A DNA stretch of 64,000 nt from Pelagomonas calceolata (taxonomy: Eukaryota). Shown piece by piece: positions 12,686-26,001 of the stretch (within the stretch, counting starts at the first letter, position 1; every line of letters starts with the position of its first letter). The stretch spans positions 4,960,001 through 5,024,000 of the forward strand of contig CAKKNE010000003.1 of assembly GCA_918797485.1 (NCBI GenBank). The letters run 5' to 3'. The notes under the pieces were generated by a model. The model saw only the letters and a program-made list of their open reading frames with translations. It searched no databases and was not told the origin of the DNA. A program made the translations under genes and the position numbers.

Positions 12686-13734
12686 AAAAAATGCGCCGCA
12701 TTTTCCTAAAAACAAATACTAGTAGTACGCGCCGGCGCGCCCCGGTGCCGTGGTGCCGTGGAGGCCCTGCAGTGGAGGGTGGGGGCTAGTAGATGCCCAA
12801 CTCGCGTTGCTCGATTGGCATCTACGAACCCCTAACAAAAATCAACGCCTTTATTAATTATTTATGGCCCTTATTTATTTACATTATTTTTACGGACGGG
12901 TTACGCGGGACGGGGCCCTGGGGGTCTAGTATGTTCGAATAGATGTATTAGGAACGTATCAGCAAGGGAACACACAACAGGCAGGCGGCGGACGGCACTT
13001 CAGAGGCTGTCGACGTGGACTGCGGTCGCCGCGCGACGGTAGACGAAGAAAAGAAGTACCGTCCATAAAAGGAAGTGCCGATCCGTACCCCCACCGACCA
13101 TCCCGTAAACGGCCTGAGGTCACACGACGCGTCCCGCGTGATACTGCGCTGGGCACGCGTGGAGCCGCCGGACGGCCACGCGTCGGGAAGATGCTGTCAG
13201 ATGTGCAGCCCGCGTCGCGTGGGCAGCCGCGCAGACCTTCAGAGGTAGTAGAACGTGTTTGACCAGGGCGATTTCGAGGTCGTGCTGCTCACCGTGAGCG
13301 CCGCGGGCAGCCCCCAAAATTGGCATGGACCTGGCCAGGGGTACGGACTTCACTTTTCTTGCTGGGGGCGCGAGCGTGCGACCGCCTCCCAGTGCGCTAG
13401 GGGCCCGTGCACGTTTTTTTTTTCTCTCCGCGGCGGTGCGGGTTTTATTTTTGAGTTTTTGAGCGATATCTCCGCGCGGCGCCGTCCAATTTGCACCCCG
13501 CGCTGCATGCAGCCCGGTGACATCATAAGGAACAGTTGCCCCAGCGGGACCTCCCCCCATTCCCCCGTCTTCCCACCCATTTGCCCCATGTCCCCTCGAT
13601 TAGGCCAGCATATACATACTAGATTTCTCGCGGTCGAGCAGACTCGAGCTGTCGTGAGTGGCGCCAAGCAGGGCGAAATTGGTTGAGCTGCGCACTTCGT
13701 CGGCCGCGCACACACGAACTTCAACTCCTCCACC

Positions 13735-14475
13735 ATGTTCATGGCAAAGAGCGAGTACGACCGGGGCGTGAACACCTTCAGCCCCGAGGGCCGCCTCTTC
13801 CAGGTGGAGTACGCGATCCAGGCCGTCAAGCTCGGCTCGACGGCGGTCGGAATTAGGACCGCGGAGGGCGTGGTCCTCGCCGTCGAGAAGCGGCTCACGT
13901 CGCCGCTGCTGAACGCGGACTCGGTCGAGAAGATCATGGAGGTCGACTCTCACGTCGGCGCCGCCATGAGCGGTCTGATCGCCGACGCGCGGACGCTCGT
14001 GGACCACGCGCGCGTCGAGGCGCAGAACCACCGCTTCACGTACGACGAGCCGATGCAGACGCGCGCGCTGACGCAGGCGGTCTGCGACCTCGCGCTCTCG
14101 TTCGGCGAGGACGGCGAGGGCGAGGGGACCAAAATGTCGCGACCGTTCGGCGTGGCGCTGCTCGTGGCGGGCTACGACGCCGTCGACGGGCCGCAGCTCT
14201 ACTACGCGGATCCGTCGGGCACGTTCGCCGAGTACAAGGCCAAGGCCATGGGCTCTGGCGGCGAGGGCGCGCAGTCGAACTTGCAGGAGGCCTACAGCGA
14301 GGCCCTGACGCTCGCGGAGGCCGAGGGCCTCGCGCTCGCCACGCTCAAGCAGGTCATGGAGGACAAGCTGACCGACGACAACGTCGACGTCGCGCGCGTC
14401 ACCGAGGCCGGCTTCCACCTGTACACGAAGGATGAGATCGCGGCAGCCAGCGCCCGGCTCGCGGCGGCGGCCTAG
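13735..14475 (+). CDS. PSMA5: 20S proteasome subunit alpha type-5
   Basis: [23 protein letters not shown] alpha signature and [10 protein letters not shown]. Confidence 0.96.
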   Translation: MFMAKSEYDRGVNTFSPEGRLFQVEYAIQAVKLGSTAVGIRTAEGVVLAVEKRLTSPLLNADSVEKIMEVDSHVGAAMSGLIADARTLVDHARVEAQNHRFTYDEPMQTRALTQAVCDLALSFGEDGEGEGTKMSRPFGVALLVAGYDAVDGPQLYYADPSGTFAEYKAKAMGSGGEGAQSNLQEAYSEALTLAEAEGLALATLKQVMEDKLTDDNVDVARVTEAGFHLYTKDEIAAASARLAAAA

Positions 14476-15112
14476 AGCTACCGGGCTAGGTGACTGTACA
14501 GGTTCAAGTTCTACTACTAGAAGTACTAGCGCCGGCTGGGTATCCTAGCCGCTCTACCTAGCCGCGCACGCAGGGAGAAGGCTGTAGAGGCTTGGTGTAT
14601 GTCCTTTTTCCTTTGGGATATTCCTTCCTTAATTACTGGCCCGAGCCTTTGAAGAAGGCAGCCGCCGCGAAAAAAATTGCCAATGATTTTGTAGCATCGC
14701 GCCGGTCGTCCGAGTTCGCCGACGGCCTCAAGGGCATGTCGACCCTCTATAACATGAGCAAATGGGTCCAGAAGGGACGGGTCGGCCTGTCGGAATATCT
14801 GCTCAGAACGTGCCCCTCGTCACGGTCACCGTGACCGTGACGGTCGTAGCACAATGATCATAATCGCTGTGATTATTAATACAATATTTTATTTTTATAC
14901 TATTTATTGTCGCCCGGCCTTTCGCGCACACTGACTTCTCTGTTGATCATCCCCCTCCACCCCGGCCACTCAAAATGGGGCACCACATACTGTTATGGTA
15001 CCGATATAGCCTTGAGCTTTTTGTCCTCGCCGTGCCCTCTGTTTGGCTTGGTGTGCTTGCGCGAGCCGCTCCCTCTATCGGGCCTCACTTTATGTATATA
15101 TTGGAGCTCGTG

Positions 15113-15529
15113 ATGATGTTCCTCGGGCTGCGCGCGTCACGCAGTCTCGCGCCGCGCGCCCTGGCCGCGCCGCGCCGCGCTGCGCCGGCCCTACGGGCCC
15201 GCTCGCTCGCGGTGACCATGTCTAGCGAAGCCTCCGCCGGCGCCAAGATGCAGGGCACGGTGAAATGGTTCAACACCGTCAAGGGCTACGGCTTCATCAC
15301 TCCCGAGGCCGGCGGCGGCGGCGACGTCTTTGTTCACCAGACTCAGATCTACGCGCGTGGGTTCCGCTCGCTCGCCGAGGGCGAAGAGGTCGAGTACGAG
15401 GTCGAGCTCGACGAGTCGGGGCGCCAGCGCGCCATCTCCGTGACGGGTCCCGAGGGCGACTACGTCCAGGGGGCGCCGCGCCCGCCTCGCGCCGACGACT
15501 ACGACGCCAAGTACGACGAGACTTACTGA
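15113..15529 (+). CDS. Cold-shock domain protein with an Arg/Ala-rich organellar presequence-like N-terminus
   Basis: GTVKWFNTVKGYGFI, DVFVHQ and GFRSLAEGEEVEY motifs. Confidence 0.9.
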   Translation: MMFLGLRASRSLAPRALAAPRRAAPALRARSLAVTMSSEASAGAKMQGTVKWFNTVKGYGFITPEAGGGGDVFVHQTQIYARGFRSLAEGEEVEYEVELDESGRQRAISVTGPEGDYVQGAPRPPRADDYDAKYDETY

Positions 15530-16108
15530 GCCCGGGGGAATGCCGTTCGCCGCTCTCGTCCGTCCCTGCCCGCGCTCGCTGCCTCGTTGCGGTCTTAAGA
15601 CCATACAAGGTGGCTCAAGTAGTCAGGGTTCAGATAGTATCGCGTTTTACTATCGCGTTCATTGACACTCAGAACCCCCCGGCGTTGATTGATGTCGCGT
15701 TAGTAGCACCTCGCCCTAGTAGGTACTTTTCGCAAGCAAAAACGGCACGCCTCGCGGCATGTACTCTAACGGACGCCGTTTCCGTCATAAATAGCGAGGT
15801 CTGATTCGTCGTCGTGTCCGGAAAGCCAACACCACGACATCGAGGTCGCGCTGAACATCATTTATCGGCGCCTGCTCGGTGTGGAAGCGAAAACGGCCTC
15901 GCGCTCGGTCGCCGTCTGGCACGAATTGGGCGTCGCGTCCGTCGCAACTCGTATAAACGCCGCGGCGTTGAAATTTCACAACAATATGGTACGGCCCAGA
16001 GGCTACTTAGGGATGCCTAAGTAAAGAGGGTGTCCTAGCTCTACCTCGGCAGCGTGCCGGCGCCCGCCAGGGCGCACAGCCCGCTAGTGACACAGAGTGC
16101 GTTCAAAC

Positions 16109-17725
16109 ATGACGACGTTCGCGACGCGGCGGATCTCGCAGGAGACCTTCGATGCGGTCGTGCGCGAGAACGTGGAGGACTTCGACATGGACGCGGCCGA
16201 GGCCGTGCGCGAGGCGCGCGAGCAGTTCGAGCACCAGGGCGTCGACCTCACGGGGGTCGACGTGAGCGGCTCCGAGGAGCGCAAGGCCGAGCGCGCGGCG
16301 CTCCTCGCGGACGTGGCGCTGGTCAAAAAGGCGGCGGCGGGCGGCGTCGCGCGGCCCGACTTGCTCGAGGCGCTGGCGCGCGCGGCGACGCTCTGCGCCG
16401 CGGGCCGCGGCCGCGCGGCCGCGTCGGCGCGGTCGACGGTCGTCGCGGCGCAGGGGCTCTCGGCGCTCGCGCGCCTGGCGCGGTCCTGCGTCGACGAGGC
16501 GACCGACGCGGTCGGCGACGCCGGCGTGCTCGCGGCGACGCTCGCGGCGCTGGACCGCGCGGTTCGGGGCGACGCCGACGCGCGGGACGCGTTCCAATAC
16601 GGCGGCTGCGTCGAAGCGACGGTCGCGGCGCTCAAGGCCGGCGTAAAAACCGACGCGGCCGCGGCCGCGGCGGCGCTCCGCGTCGCGGCCGCGGCGGCGC
16701 GGCAGTGCGAAGCCGTCAAGGCCGCGTTCATGCGCCTGAAGCTCGCGCGGCTGGCCGTGGAGGCGCTCGTGACCGCCGCCGCGGCGCGCGACGAGGCGGG
16801 CGCGGGCGCCGCGGCGCAGGCGCTCGCGGCGCTCTGCGCCGCGGACGACGTGCGGTCCGCCACGTCGTGCACCTACGACGCGAGCCGCCTCGCGCTCGAC
16901 GCCGGCGCCGTCCACGCGCTCCTCGCCGCGCTCGAGGCGTTCGCGGACGCCGAGGGCGGCGAGGACGCGGCGACGGCGGCGCTGGACGCGCTGCGCCAGG
17001 TCGCCAAGTCCGACGACGCCGTCAAACGCATCCGCGAGGCCGGCGGCGCGCGGGCGTGCCTCGACGCGCTCCGGCGGAACCGCACGCGCCGCGACCGGTG
17101 CCGCCGCCTGGTCGGCCTGCTCCGAAACATGGCGAACAACGACGACGCCAAGGACGCCATGTGCAAGGACGGCACGCTCGAGGAGATTCTGGGGTGCCTC
17201 GAACGATTCCTGAGGGACGACGCCGTCATCTGCGAGCACGTCGTCGCGACGCTGGCGATGATGGCCCTCCGGCGCCCCAAGAACGGCACGCTGATCGTCG
17301 AGGGGCGCAACGGCGCCTCCCTCGTGATTCACGCCATGGGCGCCCACCCGGCCCACGCGGCCCTCCAGCGCCAGGGCGCGCTCGCGCTCCGGAACTTCGT
17401 CGCGCGCTCGCCCGAGTTCAAACAGCCCATCCTCGACGCGGGCGCCGAGACCGCGCTCCGCGCCGCGGCCACCTGCGCCCAGGCGAACGTCGACGTCGCC
17501 TACGCGGCCCTCCGCGACCTCGGCGTCGACGCCAAGATCGCGACGTTCGAGACCGACGCGTCGGGCGCGGTCGTGCAGAGCGCGGGGCCCGCGCGATTCG
17601 GAGACAAGGCCAACGCGAACTTCAAGGCCGTCTTCGACGAGTCCGCCGACGTGGAACGGCGTATTCACGACGTGGACGCCCTCACGGACCAGCAGACCAA
17701 GCTCGAGGAGTTCTCCCTCATGTGA
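16109..17725 (+). CDS. ARMC6: Armadillo repeat-containing protein 6-like
   Basis: N-terminal [19 protein letters not shown]...[10 protein letters not shown] and C-terminal RNFVARS...AYAALRDLG match ARMC6 as I recall it. Confidence 0.85.
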   Translation: MTTFATRRISQETFDAVVRENVEDFDMDAAEAVREAREQFEHQGVDLTGVDVSGSEERKAERAALLADVALVKKAAAGGVARPDLLEALARAATLCAAGRGRAAASARSTVVAAQGLSALARLARSCVDEATDAVGDAGVLAATLAALDRAVRGDADARDAFQYGGCVEATVAALKAGVKTDAAAAAAALRVAAAAARQCEAVKAAFMRLKLARLAVEALVTAAAARDEAGAGAAAQALAALCAADDVRSATSCTYDASRLALDAGAVHALLAALEAFADAEGGEDAATAALDALRQVAKSDDAVKRIREAGGARACLDALRRNRTRRDRCRRLVGLLRNMANNDDAKDAMCKDGTLEEILGCLERFLRDDAVICEHVVATLAMMALRRPKNGTLIVEGRNGASLVIHAMGAHPAHAALQRQGALALRNFVARSPEFKQPILDAGAETALRAAATCAQANVDVAYAALRDLGVDAKIATFETDASGAVVQSAGPARFGDKANANFKAVFDESADVERRIHDVDALTDQQTKLEEFSLM

Positions 17726-18117
17726 GCTCCTTGCGCTGCGGTGCGCCTCGGAACGGTGGGCGGATTTTTACCAACTAATTTTAGCGGTATTTGCTCAAAG
17801 GTCCCCCACTGGCACCGCCCGATTGTCGCCAATTTAAAAGGTAACTTGAAGTCTTCACTTAATATAGTCTTTCGAATTGAGTCCCAGTCCACCGCGAGGC
17901 GAGGATACTCTAGCTCGACATCGTCAAAAAAGGTAAGAACACCTTCACGGTCCCCTATGCAGTGATCTCTCTCAGTCTTACTCCTCCAGTACAGCACTGT
18001 GCAATATTTTATTCTCTCTGAGGGCAAGCTCCAGAATGTTTACGTGAATCGCGAAGAAAAAGCTACCATAGGAATCAATTAGGAAAACAAGCCTGAGCTC
18101 CTAAAAGACCTCCTCTC

Positions 18118-18211
18118 AAATAAATAAATACATAAATTAAGGAAGACCGAAAAAAGGAACAAGCTCCTAAGAGCCTCCTCCCTGCTCGGTCAGGATGCCC
18201 ATCCGGAGCTT
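18118..18211 (-). mobile_element. 5'-truncated 3' end of a non-LTR retrotransposon with a (TTTA)n tail
   Basis: The reverse complement matches 26689-26790. Confidence 0.8.
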
Positions 18212-18416
18212 CGAAATAGTACTAAGGTACCTGTATAGAGTATTCTCAGTCTCGCGTGGTAAAACGTCCCCCACTGGCATCAAGAGGAAGTTCAAGCGGT
18301 GGCTGAGACCTTCTCTCATGAAAAAACAAGATCCTCCTAAGGCCAAGACAGTGCGACGTTCAGTGCCGTTTCGATCCTAGGCAGGCGCTAGTACGAACTA
18401 AGTACACACGTGTGAA

Positions 18417-20591
18417 TCATCTATGCGTTGGAACGGCGTCGTCGTCAGGGGCGCGGCGCCTGTAGCTCTGGCGCACGGGCGGGACGACGAAAGCGGCCCC
18501 GGCGGTGAGGTCGACGGCGGCGGCGGGCGCCGGAGAGGGCGCGCTCCTCGCGACGTCCCGCCGCTGGCGCGCCCGGGCCTCGGGCATCGCGGCCGCGAGG
18601 TCGGCGGCGACGTCGCGGTTCCCGGCCGGCGGCGGGGCGCGGAGGGTAGCGGCGGCGGCGGCGGCGCGCGTGTCGAAGAACGCGGCGAGTCGCTTCCGCT
18701 CGGCGAGCACGTCCGCGCGGGTGAAGAGGTTCTTGGCGAATTGGCCGCTGAACGTCGTGTCGCGACCGCCCGCGCGTACCGGGGGCGGCCGGCCGTAGAG
18801 GAGGTCGAAGAACTTCAGGACGTAGACGCCGCAGTCGAAGGAGTTGCGCTGTCGGGGCAGGTCCGGCAGGACGACGGGCATGGACGCCTCCTCGAAGCGC
18901 CCGTCGCAGCCCGGCGCTCCCGGGCGGTCCGCCCAGGCGGCGCGGAGGAAGGACCGGACGTACGCGGCGATGCGGGCCGCGTCGTGCGAGCGGAGCGAGT
19001 CCATGACGAGGACGCACGGACCGGCCGGTGTCGGGGGTTCCGCGGCGGCGGCGGCCTCGTCGTCCGACGAGGCCGCGAGGTCGACGACGGCGGACGGGGG
19101 TGCGGCGGCGCCCGGCCGGAGCACGACCGCCAGCGACCAGTGGAGGTGCTCGTTGACGGGGACGAAGAGGGCGTCCTTCGCGAAGAGGTCGACGCCGCGG
19201 CACCAGCTCTTGACCTTTTCGTAGGCCTCGGCCGAGGCGTGCCGCGGCGCCTCGGACAGCTTGGTGAAGAAGAACGTCGAGAAGACGTGAGCGTCGAGGG
19301 GCGGCGCCTCCGCCGAGCTCGTGCGGTGCCGGAGGTAGAGGTTGATGAGATTGTCGTTGAGGAACTCGCCGTCGTCGAGGCGCCCGCGGTCGCCCCGGAC
19401 GAGCGTGATGGCGTCGGGCGCGTCGGGCCGCGGGTACACGAATGCGGGCAGCGCCGCGTCCGGGTCTTCGGCCTCGACGTCGACGACCGACCGGGCGGCG
19501 CGGCCGCGGCCGCGGCGCGACGCGCGGGAAGGCGTCCGCCGCAACGCCGCGGCGTCCTCCGCGGCGTCGGCGGCGGCGAGCGCGTCGGCGATGGGAACGC
19601 CCTCGAGGAACGGCCGCGCCGCCGCCGCCGTGCCGAGGACGGGCGCGGCGGGCCAGCCGACGTGACCGCCCCAGACGACGGCCGGCACCGCCTCGCGCTT
19701 AAAGGTCGCGAGGGCCTCGCCGTCGAGGACGACGACGACGTACTTGCGCGGCCCCGCGTCGTCGGTGGGCTCGAAGCCCTCCACGGAGCGGAGGTGCGGC
19801 GGCTTCTGGCGCAGGCCGATGGCGAAAAATTCGCGGATCGCATCCGGCGCCATTTCGTCGTCGTCCGCGAGGTTGATGGGGTTGGCCTCGCCGTCGCCGC
19901 CCGCGCCGCGCGCCGGGCCGTGGTACAAGTCGAACGAGGTCATGTGGGACGGCGCCAGCCTGGTCTCGATGTAGAGCCCGGACGTGTCGCTCCGCCACTC
20001 CATCGTGACGCAGGACGGCGCGAAGACGACCGTGACGTCGCGCCGCAGGGCCGTGCCGAAGTAGACGCGGCGGCATCGGAGCATGACCCGCTCCTCGCCG
20101 CGGCGCGGGTTCCGGCGCGGCGGCGCCGGAGGCTCCTCGAGGCGCCGCGTCGATCGGCGCTCCGGCGCGCGGAAGCGGCCGGCTCGCGGCGCGGGTGCGC
20201 GGGCGCGGCCGTCGTCGACCTCGACGACCTCCGGGGTTCCGCGGGGCTCGTCGTCGACATCGATCGCGTCCGCCGCGTCTCGGCCGCCGGAGCTGAAGTG
20301 GGGGGACCTCCGGGCCGGCGCGCCGACGCGCGCCCGTTTGGCCGGCGGCTGCGCGGCGCCGTCGCGGCTCTCTTCGTCGCTGTCGGCCTGCCCGGCCCAG
20401 CGGTCGGCGCCGCGTCCTCCCGCGGGCGGCCGCGCCGCGACGGCGCGCCGCCGGTCGCTGGCCCGCGCCCCCGCCGAGTCACGGGTCTTGCCGTCGTCGT
20501 CGAAGCTCACGTCGTCGAGCCGGCTCCGCCGCCGCTCCTTGTTGTTGCGGACGAAGTCGGCGGCCTGCGCGGCTTCCTCGTCGCTGTCCAT
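18417..20591 (-). CDS. SUMO protease (Ulp1/peptidase C48; SENP6/7/Ulp2-like)
   Basis: FLNDNLIN, FSTFFFTKL, HWSL, MDSL and QRNSFDCG give the catalytic triad. SIM-like VVDL/VDVE motifs are present. Confidence 0.9.
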   Translation of the reverse strand: MDSDEEAAQAADFVRNNKERRRSRLDDVSFDDDGKTRDSAGARASDRRRAVAARPPAGGRGADRWAGQADSDEESRDGAAQPPAKRARVGAPARRSPHFSSGGRDAADAIDVDDEPRGTPEVVEVDDGRARAPAPRAGRFRAPERRSTRRLEEPPAPPRRNPRRGEERVMLRCRRVYFGTALRRDVTVVFAPSCVTMEWRSDTSGLYIETRLAPSHMTSFDLYHGPARGAGGDGEANPINLADDDEMAPDAIREFFAIGLRQKPPHLRSVEGFEPTDDAGPRKYVVVVLDGEALATFKREAVPAVVWGGHVGWPAAPVLGTAAAARPFLEGVPIADALAAADAAEDAAALRRTPSRASRRGRGRAARSVVDVEAEDPDAALPAFVYPRPDAPDAITLVRGDRGRLDDGEFLNDNLINLYLRHRTSSAEAPPLDAHVFSTFFFTKLSEAPRHASAEAYEKVKSWCRGVDLFAKDALFVPVNEHLHWSLAVVLRPGAAAPPSAVVDLAASSDDEAAAAAEPPTPAGPCVLVMDSLRSHDAARIAAYVRSFLRAAWADRPGAPGCDGRFEEASMPVVLPDLPRQRNSFDCGVYVLKFFDLLYGRPPPVRAGGRDTTFSGQFAKNLFTRADVLAERKRLAAFFDTRAAAAAATLRAPPPAGNRDVAADLAAAMPEARARQRRDVARSAPSPAPAAAVDLTAGAAFVVPPVRQSYRRRAPDDDAVPTHR

Positions 20592-21274
20592 GCCTCAGAT
20601 TTGGTACCCGCTTCGGGCGGCCAAGCGCGAGGCCAAGGATCTAGCGGGAGCCGCGCGAGCGCAGTTCTGGGCGACGTGATAGTAATTAGCTGAGTGCCCC
20701 GGCACATATGCCTGTGTTACCGTACCTCAGGCTAGGTACCATAGGTAAACTGGCGGCCGTTCTTTCACTGGTATGTACGTATAAGTTTTACTGATGGGTT
20801 TCATGCCGGGCTTTGATTGGGCTGCGTCGACTAGTAGTAGCGTTTCGAGATACTACGAGTGATAATCGACGTTAAGCACGTCGCGGCCCCCTCCGAGGCT
20901 CGGCCCCGGGCCGATCGCGCGCGCGACGAAGCCGAGACCTATCACTCGAGGCTCCAACCGATGCCCTCGTTGTAGCCGAGCTCCTCCCGCAGTAGCCGGT
21001 TCGCGCGTGAGAAGCAGTGGGACTCGTCGAAGGGCTTTGCGTCCGCGCCGCGCCCGCGGCGGCGGCTCGGGTAATTTAGGAGTACAATTTTTTTTTACTA
21101 TTATACCTGCGAAATATATGGAATTATACTCGAATAATCGCAATTATATATAATAATATGTCAGGCACGAAACATGTATACATGTCTCGCGAAATAACCT
21201 GCGCAGGTCGAGGTAAAAAACCCGTCGCGCGGCGCGCAAAAGCGAGGCTAGAGATTGGAGTAGAGATTGAAGGC

Positions 21275-23466
21275 ATGGACCCAGACCAGCAGGTCGCGCG
21301 CCTAGAGAAGCTGATCGTCCGCCTCGGCGGCTTCCCGGACCGCGATTTGATCCACCAGATCACGGAGTGCGGTCGCTTGGGGCTCCGGACCGGCGGCCAG
21401 GCCCTGGCGGAGCGCATGTGTGCCGCGATCATGGACGTGCTCGACGACGGAGAGAACGGCGCGACGGCCGCGGAGCGGCGCGTGCCGCTCTTCTACGCGC
21501 TGGACTCGGTCGTGAAGAACGTCGGGGACGTGTTCCAGCCCCTCCTGAGCGTGCGGGTCCGGGCCGCGTTCGGGCGCGCGTTCGCCGCGTGCGCGGAGAA
21601 GGACAAGACGCGCCTGCACCACGTGCTCCGGACCTGGAACGAAAAGAGCGCGGCGGCGGCGCGGACGCCGCCTTCCTCTTTTTCCCGCTCCGATCCGACC
21701 GCGGGCGGGGGGCCGATCGCGCCCGGCGCGCAGGCATCTTCGCCGAGCACCTCGACGAACTCAACGCGCTCGTCGCGCCGTGGCACGCGGCTCTCGTGGC
21801 GCGCGCGTCGGCGGCCGACGCGGCGGCGGGCCCGGCCGCGGCGCGGGCCGCGCCGTCGCAGGCGCAGCTCGCCGCACAGAGGGTCGCGGACCGCGAGGAG
21901 GCGCGGCGCCGCGCCGCGCGCGTCGCGCCGCCGCCGCCGGCGACGGGACCGCCGACCGCGCGCGCGCCGGCGCCGCGCGCGCGCGCCGCCGCGCGCGCCG
22001 GCGCGCAGCTGGCGCCGCGGCGCCTCGCCGGCGGCGACGCCACGCTGGCCGGCGCGTCGGCCGCCGCGCGCGCGGCCGCGAGCCTCATGACGCACGCGCA
22101 TCGGGCGACGGCCGGGCACGAGGTCGCGCTCCCGTCGTTCGCGCGCTTTCCCGCCGGCGGCGAGCCCCCCGCGAAGCGCGCGCGGTCCGCGGCGGCCGCG
22201 CCCGCCGGCGACGACGACCCGCTGACGGCGGCCGCGCGCGCGAAGCTGGACCAGCTCCAGCGCTCGCTCGGCGAAGCCAACCCCATGACGCTCGAGGAGC
22301 TCAAGGCGTCCCAGCCCGAGATCCACGCGAAACTCCTCGCCGAGGCCGCCGCGCGCGATCCGCGTCCCTCGGAACGGTCTCCGTCGTCACGCGCCACCCG
22401 TCTCCGCGCGCAGGCCGAGATCCGCACGGCCGCGCGCGCGCGCGCGCCGGGACGCCGCGCGATCGCCGCCGCCGCGGCGCCCGCGCCCGCGGCGGCGCCC
22501 GACGGCGCGCCGGTCGGCCTCGGGGCCGACGTCGTCGCCGCGCTCGAGGCCGTCCGGCGCCACGGCGACGATTTGATCGGCGGCCTCGCGGCGCGCGGCG
22601 CCGCGTACCGCCGCGGCGAGGCGCCGACGCCGACGACGCCGGAGCTGTCGGCCGGCGCCCGCCGCGTCGCCGAGCAATTCCGCGACGAGCTCGAAAAACG
22701 CCGCGCGGCGGACGACGACGCCAGAACCGCCCGGGCCCGGGCCCGCGCGCGCGCTTCGGCGGCGCCCGCCGACGCCCCGGAGCCGCGCGCCGCGGTCGAC
22801 GGCGGCGACGTGGCGCGCGTCGGCGCCGTCGCCGCCGCGCAGCCGCGGTACGTCCCGCGGCCGACGCCGTCGATGCCGGGGGTCTACGAGCTCTCGACGG
22901 AGGCGCTCGCGGCGGCGCCGAACGCCGGCGCCGTCGACGCGCTCTACGCGGCGTGGCCCGAACAGTGCTCCGCCGACGCGCGGCGCTTCATGGACGCCGC
23001 GGCGCGCGACGCCTGGCTGGACGTCGTCTTCGCGCGGAACCAGGCGCGCGCCGAGCGCGCGCGCGGCGCGACGAGCCGGCCCTGGAACCCCGCGCGCGCG
23101 GCCTGGCTCGCGGACGGGACCGCCGAGGCGGCCGCCGCCCCGGACGACGCCCTGGCCCCGGACGCCGCCGACGGGACGGACGCCCTGGCCCCGGACGACG
23201 CCGACGACGGGTGCGCGCGCGTCGTCGTGCCCGACGACGCGGCGCCGACGCCCTGCCGCGTCTGCGGCGAGGCCTTCGACGTCGCCTGGGACGCGACCGC
23301 CGGCGAATGGGTCCTCGCCGCCGCCGTCTCGGTGCCGGTCGACGACGGCACCGACGCCGTCGTGCACCGCGCGTGCCGCGACGCCGTCTGCGGCCGCGGC
23401 GGCACGCTCGAGGCCGCGGCGCTCGTCCCGGTCCCGTCGCCGCCGCCCGGACCGACGGCTCCCTAA
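21275..23466 (+). CDS. PCF11: PCF11-like cleavage/polyadenylation factor (CID plus C-terminal zinc-binding motifs); GC-AG introns 21648-21733 and 22351-22413
   Basis: CID motifs RVPLFYALDSVVKNVG and LRTW. C-terminal QCSADARRF...WLD..F and CRVCGEAF..WD...EW...VHRAC. Confidence 0.85.
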
Positions 23467-24192
23467 AGTAGCGCGCTAGCCGCCCGCGCGCCTAAGCCCA
23501 GTACCGCCTTGGGCGGCCCGAGTTCGCGAGGGTCGTCTCACTATCAACCAGCGGTCTAGTCGACCGTGGGGGGACGCCGCCGAGAATTCCCCATGATGTC
23601 AGGGGCGCATGCGTGGGGAGGGCTCCATGCCATCGCTCCTGGGAAGCCGGGGGGGGGGCGCGGCGTGGAAAAGCGCGAGCGCTGTGATGTGGACCATTGG
23701 TGTCCTCCGTGCCCGTTTCTAGTAGCTCTATTAGGCTCAGGCTAGTTACGTCGCAGGGTTCCCCGTACCCCTCCCGCTCCCCCCGGGCCCACCCGTCCGG
23801 CTGGACTAGGACGCAAGGGCTGAGTCACAGGGACTCGCACGCCCCCCCTCTTTCGGGACGCCCCCCATCAGGATGTGGAACTGGCCGCTGGCTCCTCTTT
23901 TACGACGAGCCGGAAATCAAGTGGTGAGAGAGATGCCCTCGCACACCAGGCCGAGCAATCCTGAAGCGGGGAGCGAGAGCTCCGACCCGCCCAGACGGCC
24001 CTTGACAATAACTCGTTGGAACGGAACTAATGGGTTCAATGGATGCCACGGCGATACCGTAAGCCTGTTAATGCTAGTGCGTTGAGCTAGCGTTGACCGA
24101 TAATTTCGCGCCTTAACTCAAACGTGCGCGAACGGTGGGCTACGCTGTGCCCTAATAAGCCAGGCACTCGCGCAGCCGGCGCGTCCACCACC

Positions 24193-25846
24193 ATGTTCCT
24201 CTCCCCCGTGCCCGGTTCGCCGGCCGAGGAACAGCCTCCTCCCGCGGCGGACTTTTACCCGCAAGCGAAGCTGGGGTTTGGCGGCCTCTCGATGGACGAC
24301 GAGGGCGACGCGCGCATGAGCTCGCCGCTCGCGACGCGGCCGCTCAAGCGGAACAAGCTCGCGACGCCGCGCGACAAGGGGACGCCCGCCTCGCGCGCCT
24401 CGACGGCGACGGACGGCGTCGACAGCGACGCGAGCGCGGGCGCGGCGTCGGACGACGACGAGTGCGGGGGCTTCTCGCTGCGCGTGCCGCGCGACGGCGG
24501 CGCGGGGCCCGCGCGGAGCCTCTTCGGCCGGCGCGAGGGCGGCCCCGGGCGCGAGGCGCGCGACGCGCCGCCGCCGGCGAACGTGAACCCCTTCGCCCCC
24601 CGCGACCTGAACCGCTGCGACTCGATCGACACGAACAGCGGGTCGTGGACCTTCGACGGCGGCCTCAAGCCGGCGCTCGCGGCGCCCGCGGCGCCGCGGC
24701 GCGGCGCCGCCGGCGCCCGCCGCGACGCGGCGGCCGACGCCTCGTCGCGCTTCCGCAACGACTTCGAGGTCGTGCGCGAGATCGGCGCCGGGTCGTTCGG
24801 GACCGTGCGCAAGGTCCGGTCGCGCATCGACGGCTGCCTCTACGCGGTCAAGTCGACGCACGCGCGGCCCCGCGCGAGACGTCGGAAACGAGGCGCCGCC
24901 CGAACCTTCGAACGCCCGCGCAGGCGCAGTTCCGCGGCCAGCTGCACCGCGACCGGACGCTCAAGGAGGTCTTCGCGTTGGCCGCCCTCTCCGCGCGCGA
25001 CGAGGGCGCCGAGGGCCTGCGGCACATCGTGCGCTACTACCAAGCCTGGATCGAGGACGAGCGGCTGTACATTCAGACGGAGCTGTGCGACGCGTCGCTG
25101 GAGAGCCGCGTCCGCCGCGGCCGCTTCCTGCCGACGCCCCCGGCGGTCTGGGGCTTCCTCCGGCAGATGCTCCTCGCGCTCGAGCTGCTCCACGCGCGCG
25201 GTCTGGTCCACCTCGACCTCAAGCCGGGCAACATCTTCGTCAAGGGCGAGGACCCGCGCGGAAGTCGTGTTGCCGCGGTCTCGCCCCCCGCCCGGGGCCG
25301 GGGGGCGAGCGCGCGCGGGGGGCGCGCCTCGGACGACGCGCGTGTCACGCAGGCGAGGACTGCTACAAACTGGGCGACTTTGGCCTCGCGACGACCGCGC
25401 GCGCGCGCGGCGACGTCGTCGAGGGCGACGCGCGCTACATGAGCAAGGAGCTGCTCGACGACGACGATTTCATGTCCGGCGGCAGATCCGGTCCGCGCGA
25501 CCTGACCAAGTGCGACGTCTTCTCGCTCGGCGCGACCGCGTTCGAGCTCGTGCGCCGCGCGCCGCTCGCGGCCAACGGGCCCGCGTGGCACGCGCTCCGC
25601 GACGGCGCGGCGGCGTTCCCGGCGACGGTCCCGCGCGACCTCCGGGACGTCATCGCGGGCCTCGTCCACCCGAACCCGGCGTGGCGCCCGACGGCCGCCG
25701 CGGCGCTCCAGCATCCCGAGCTCCAGTCGGAGGTCCAGCGCATGGCCCTCCAGCTCGCCGCCGAGAAGCAGCACGTCCAGCAGTACCGCGAGGACGTCGC
25801 GCGCCTCTCCAAGCACCGACTCGCCCGTTCAAACACGTGGGCCTGA
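24193..25846 (+). CDS. WEE1: Wee1-family protein kinase; GC-AG introns 24862-24923 and 25246-25352
   Basis: IGAGSFG, DGCLYAVK, HIVRYYQAW, HLDLKPGNIF, YKLGDFG and EGDARY motifs are restored across three frames by the two introns. Confidence 0.9.
25254..25352. mobile_element. Introner element in WEE1 intron 2
   Basis: Perfect TSD GCGAGGAC at 25246-25253 and 25353-25360. Degenerate TIRs CCGCGCGGAAGTC...GTCACGCAG. Confidence 0.7.
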
Positions 25847-26001
25847 TTCACTCCCCCCCCCCTGGCGCCCGTACTAAGAATTGTAATAAAGTGGGACTCC
25901 CTGCTTCTCGGGGCCTATCTGTAGCGCGTGTGTCCCCCCGGACCGGTGGGTCCGGAGCAGCAGTTGTAAACGTCGGCAGTTTGGCCCGACTTGTCCTCTA
26001 G

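Noticed and set aside
12960..13600. TE-like intergenic stretches here and near 38800-39230 and 52380-52900
   Set aside because: No second copy, TIR pair or TSD could be verified within the window.
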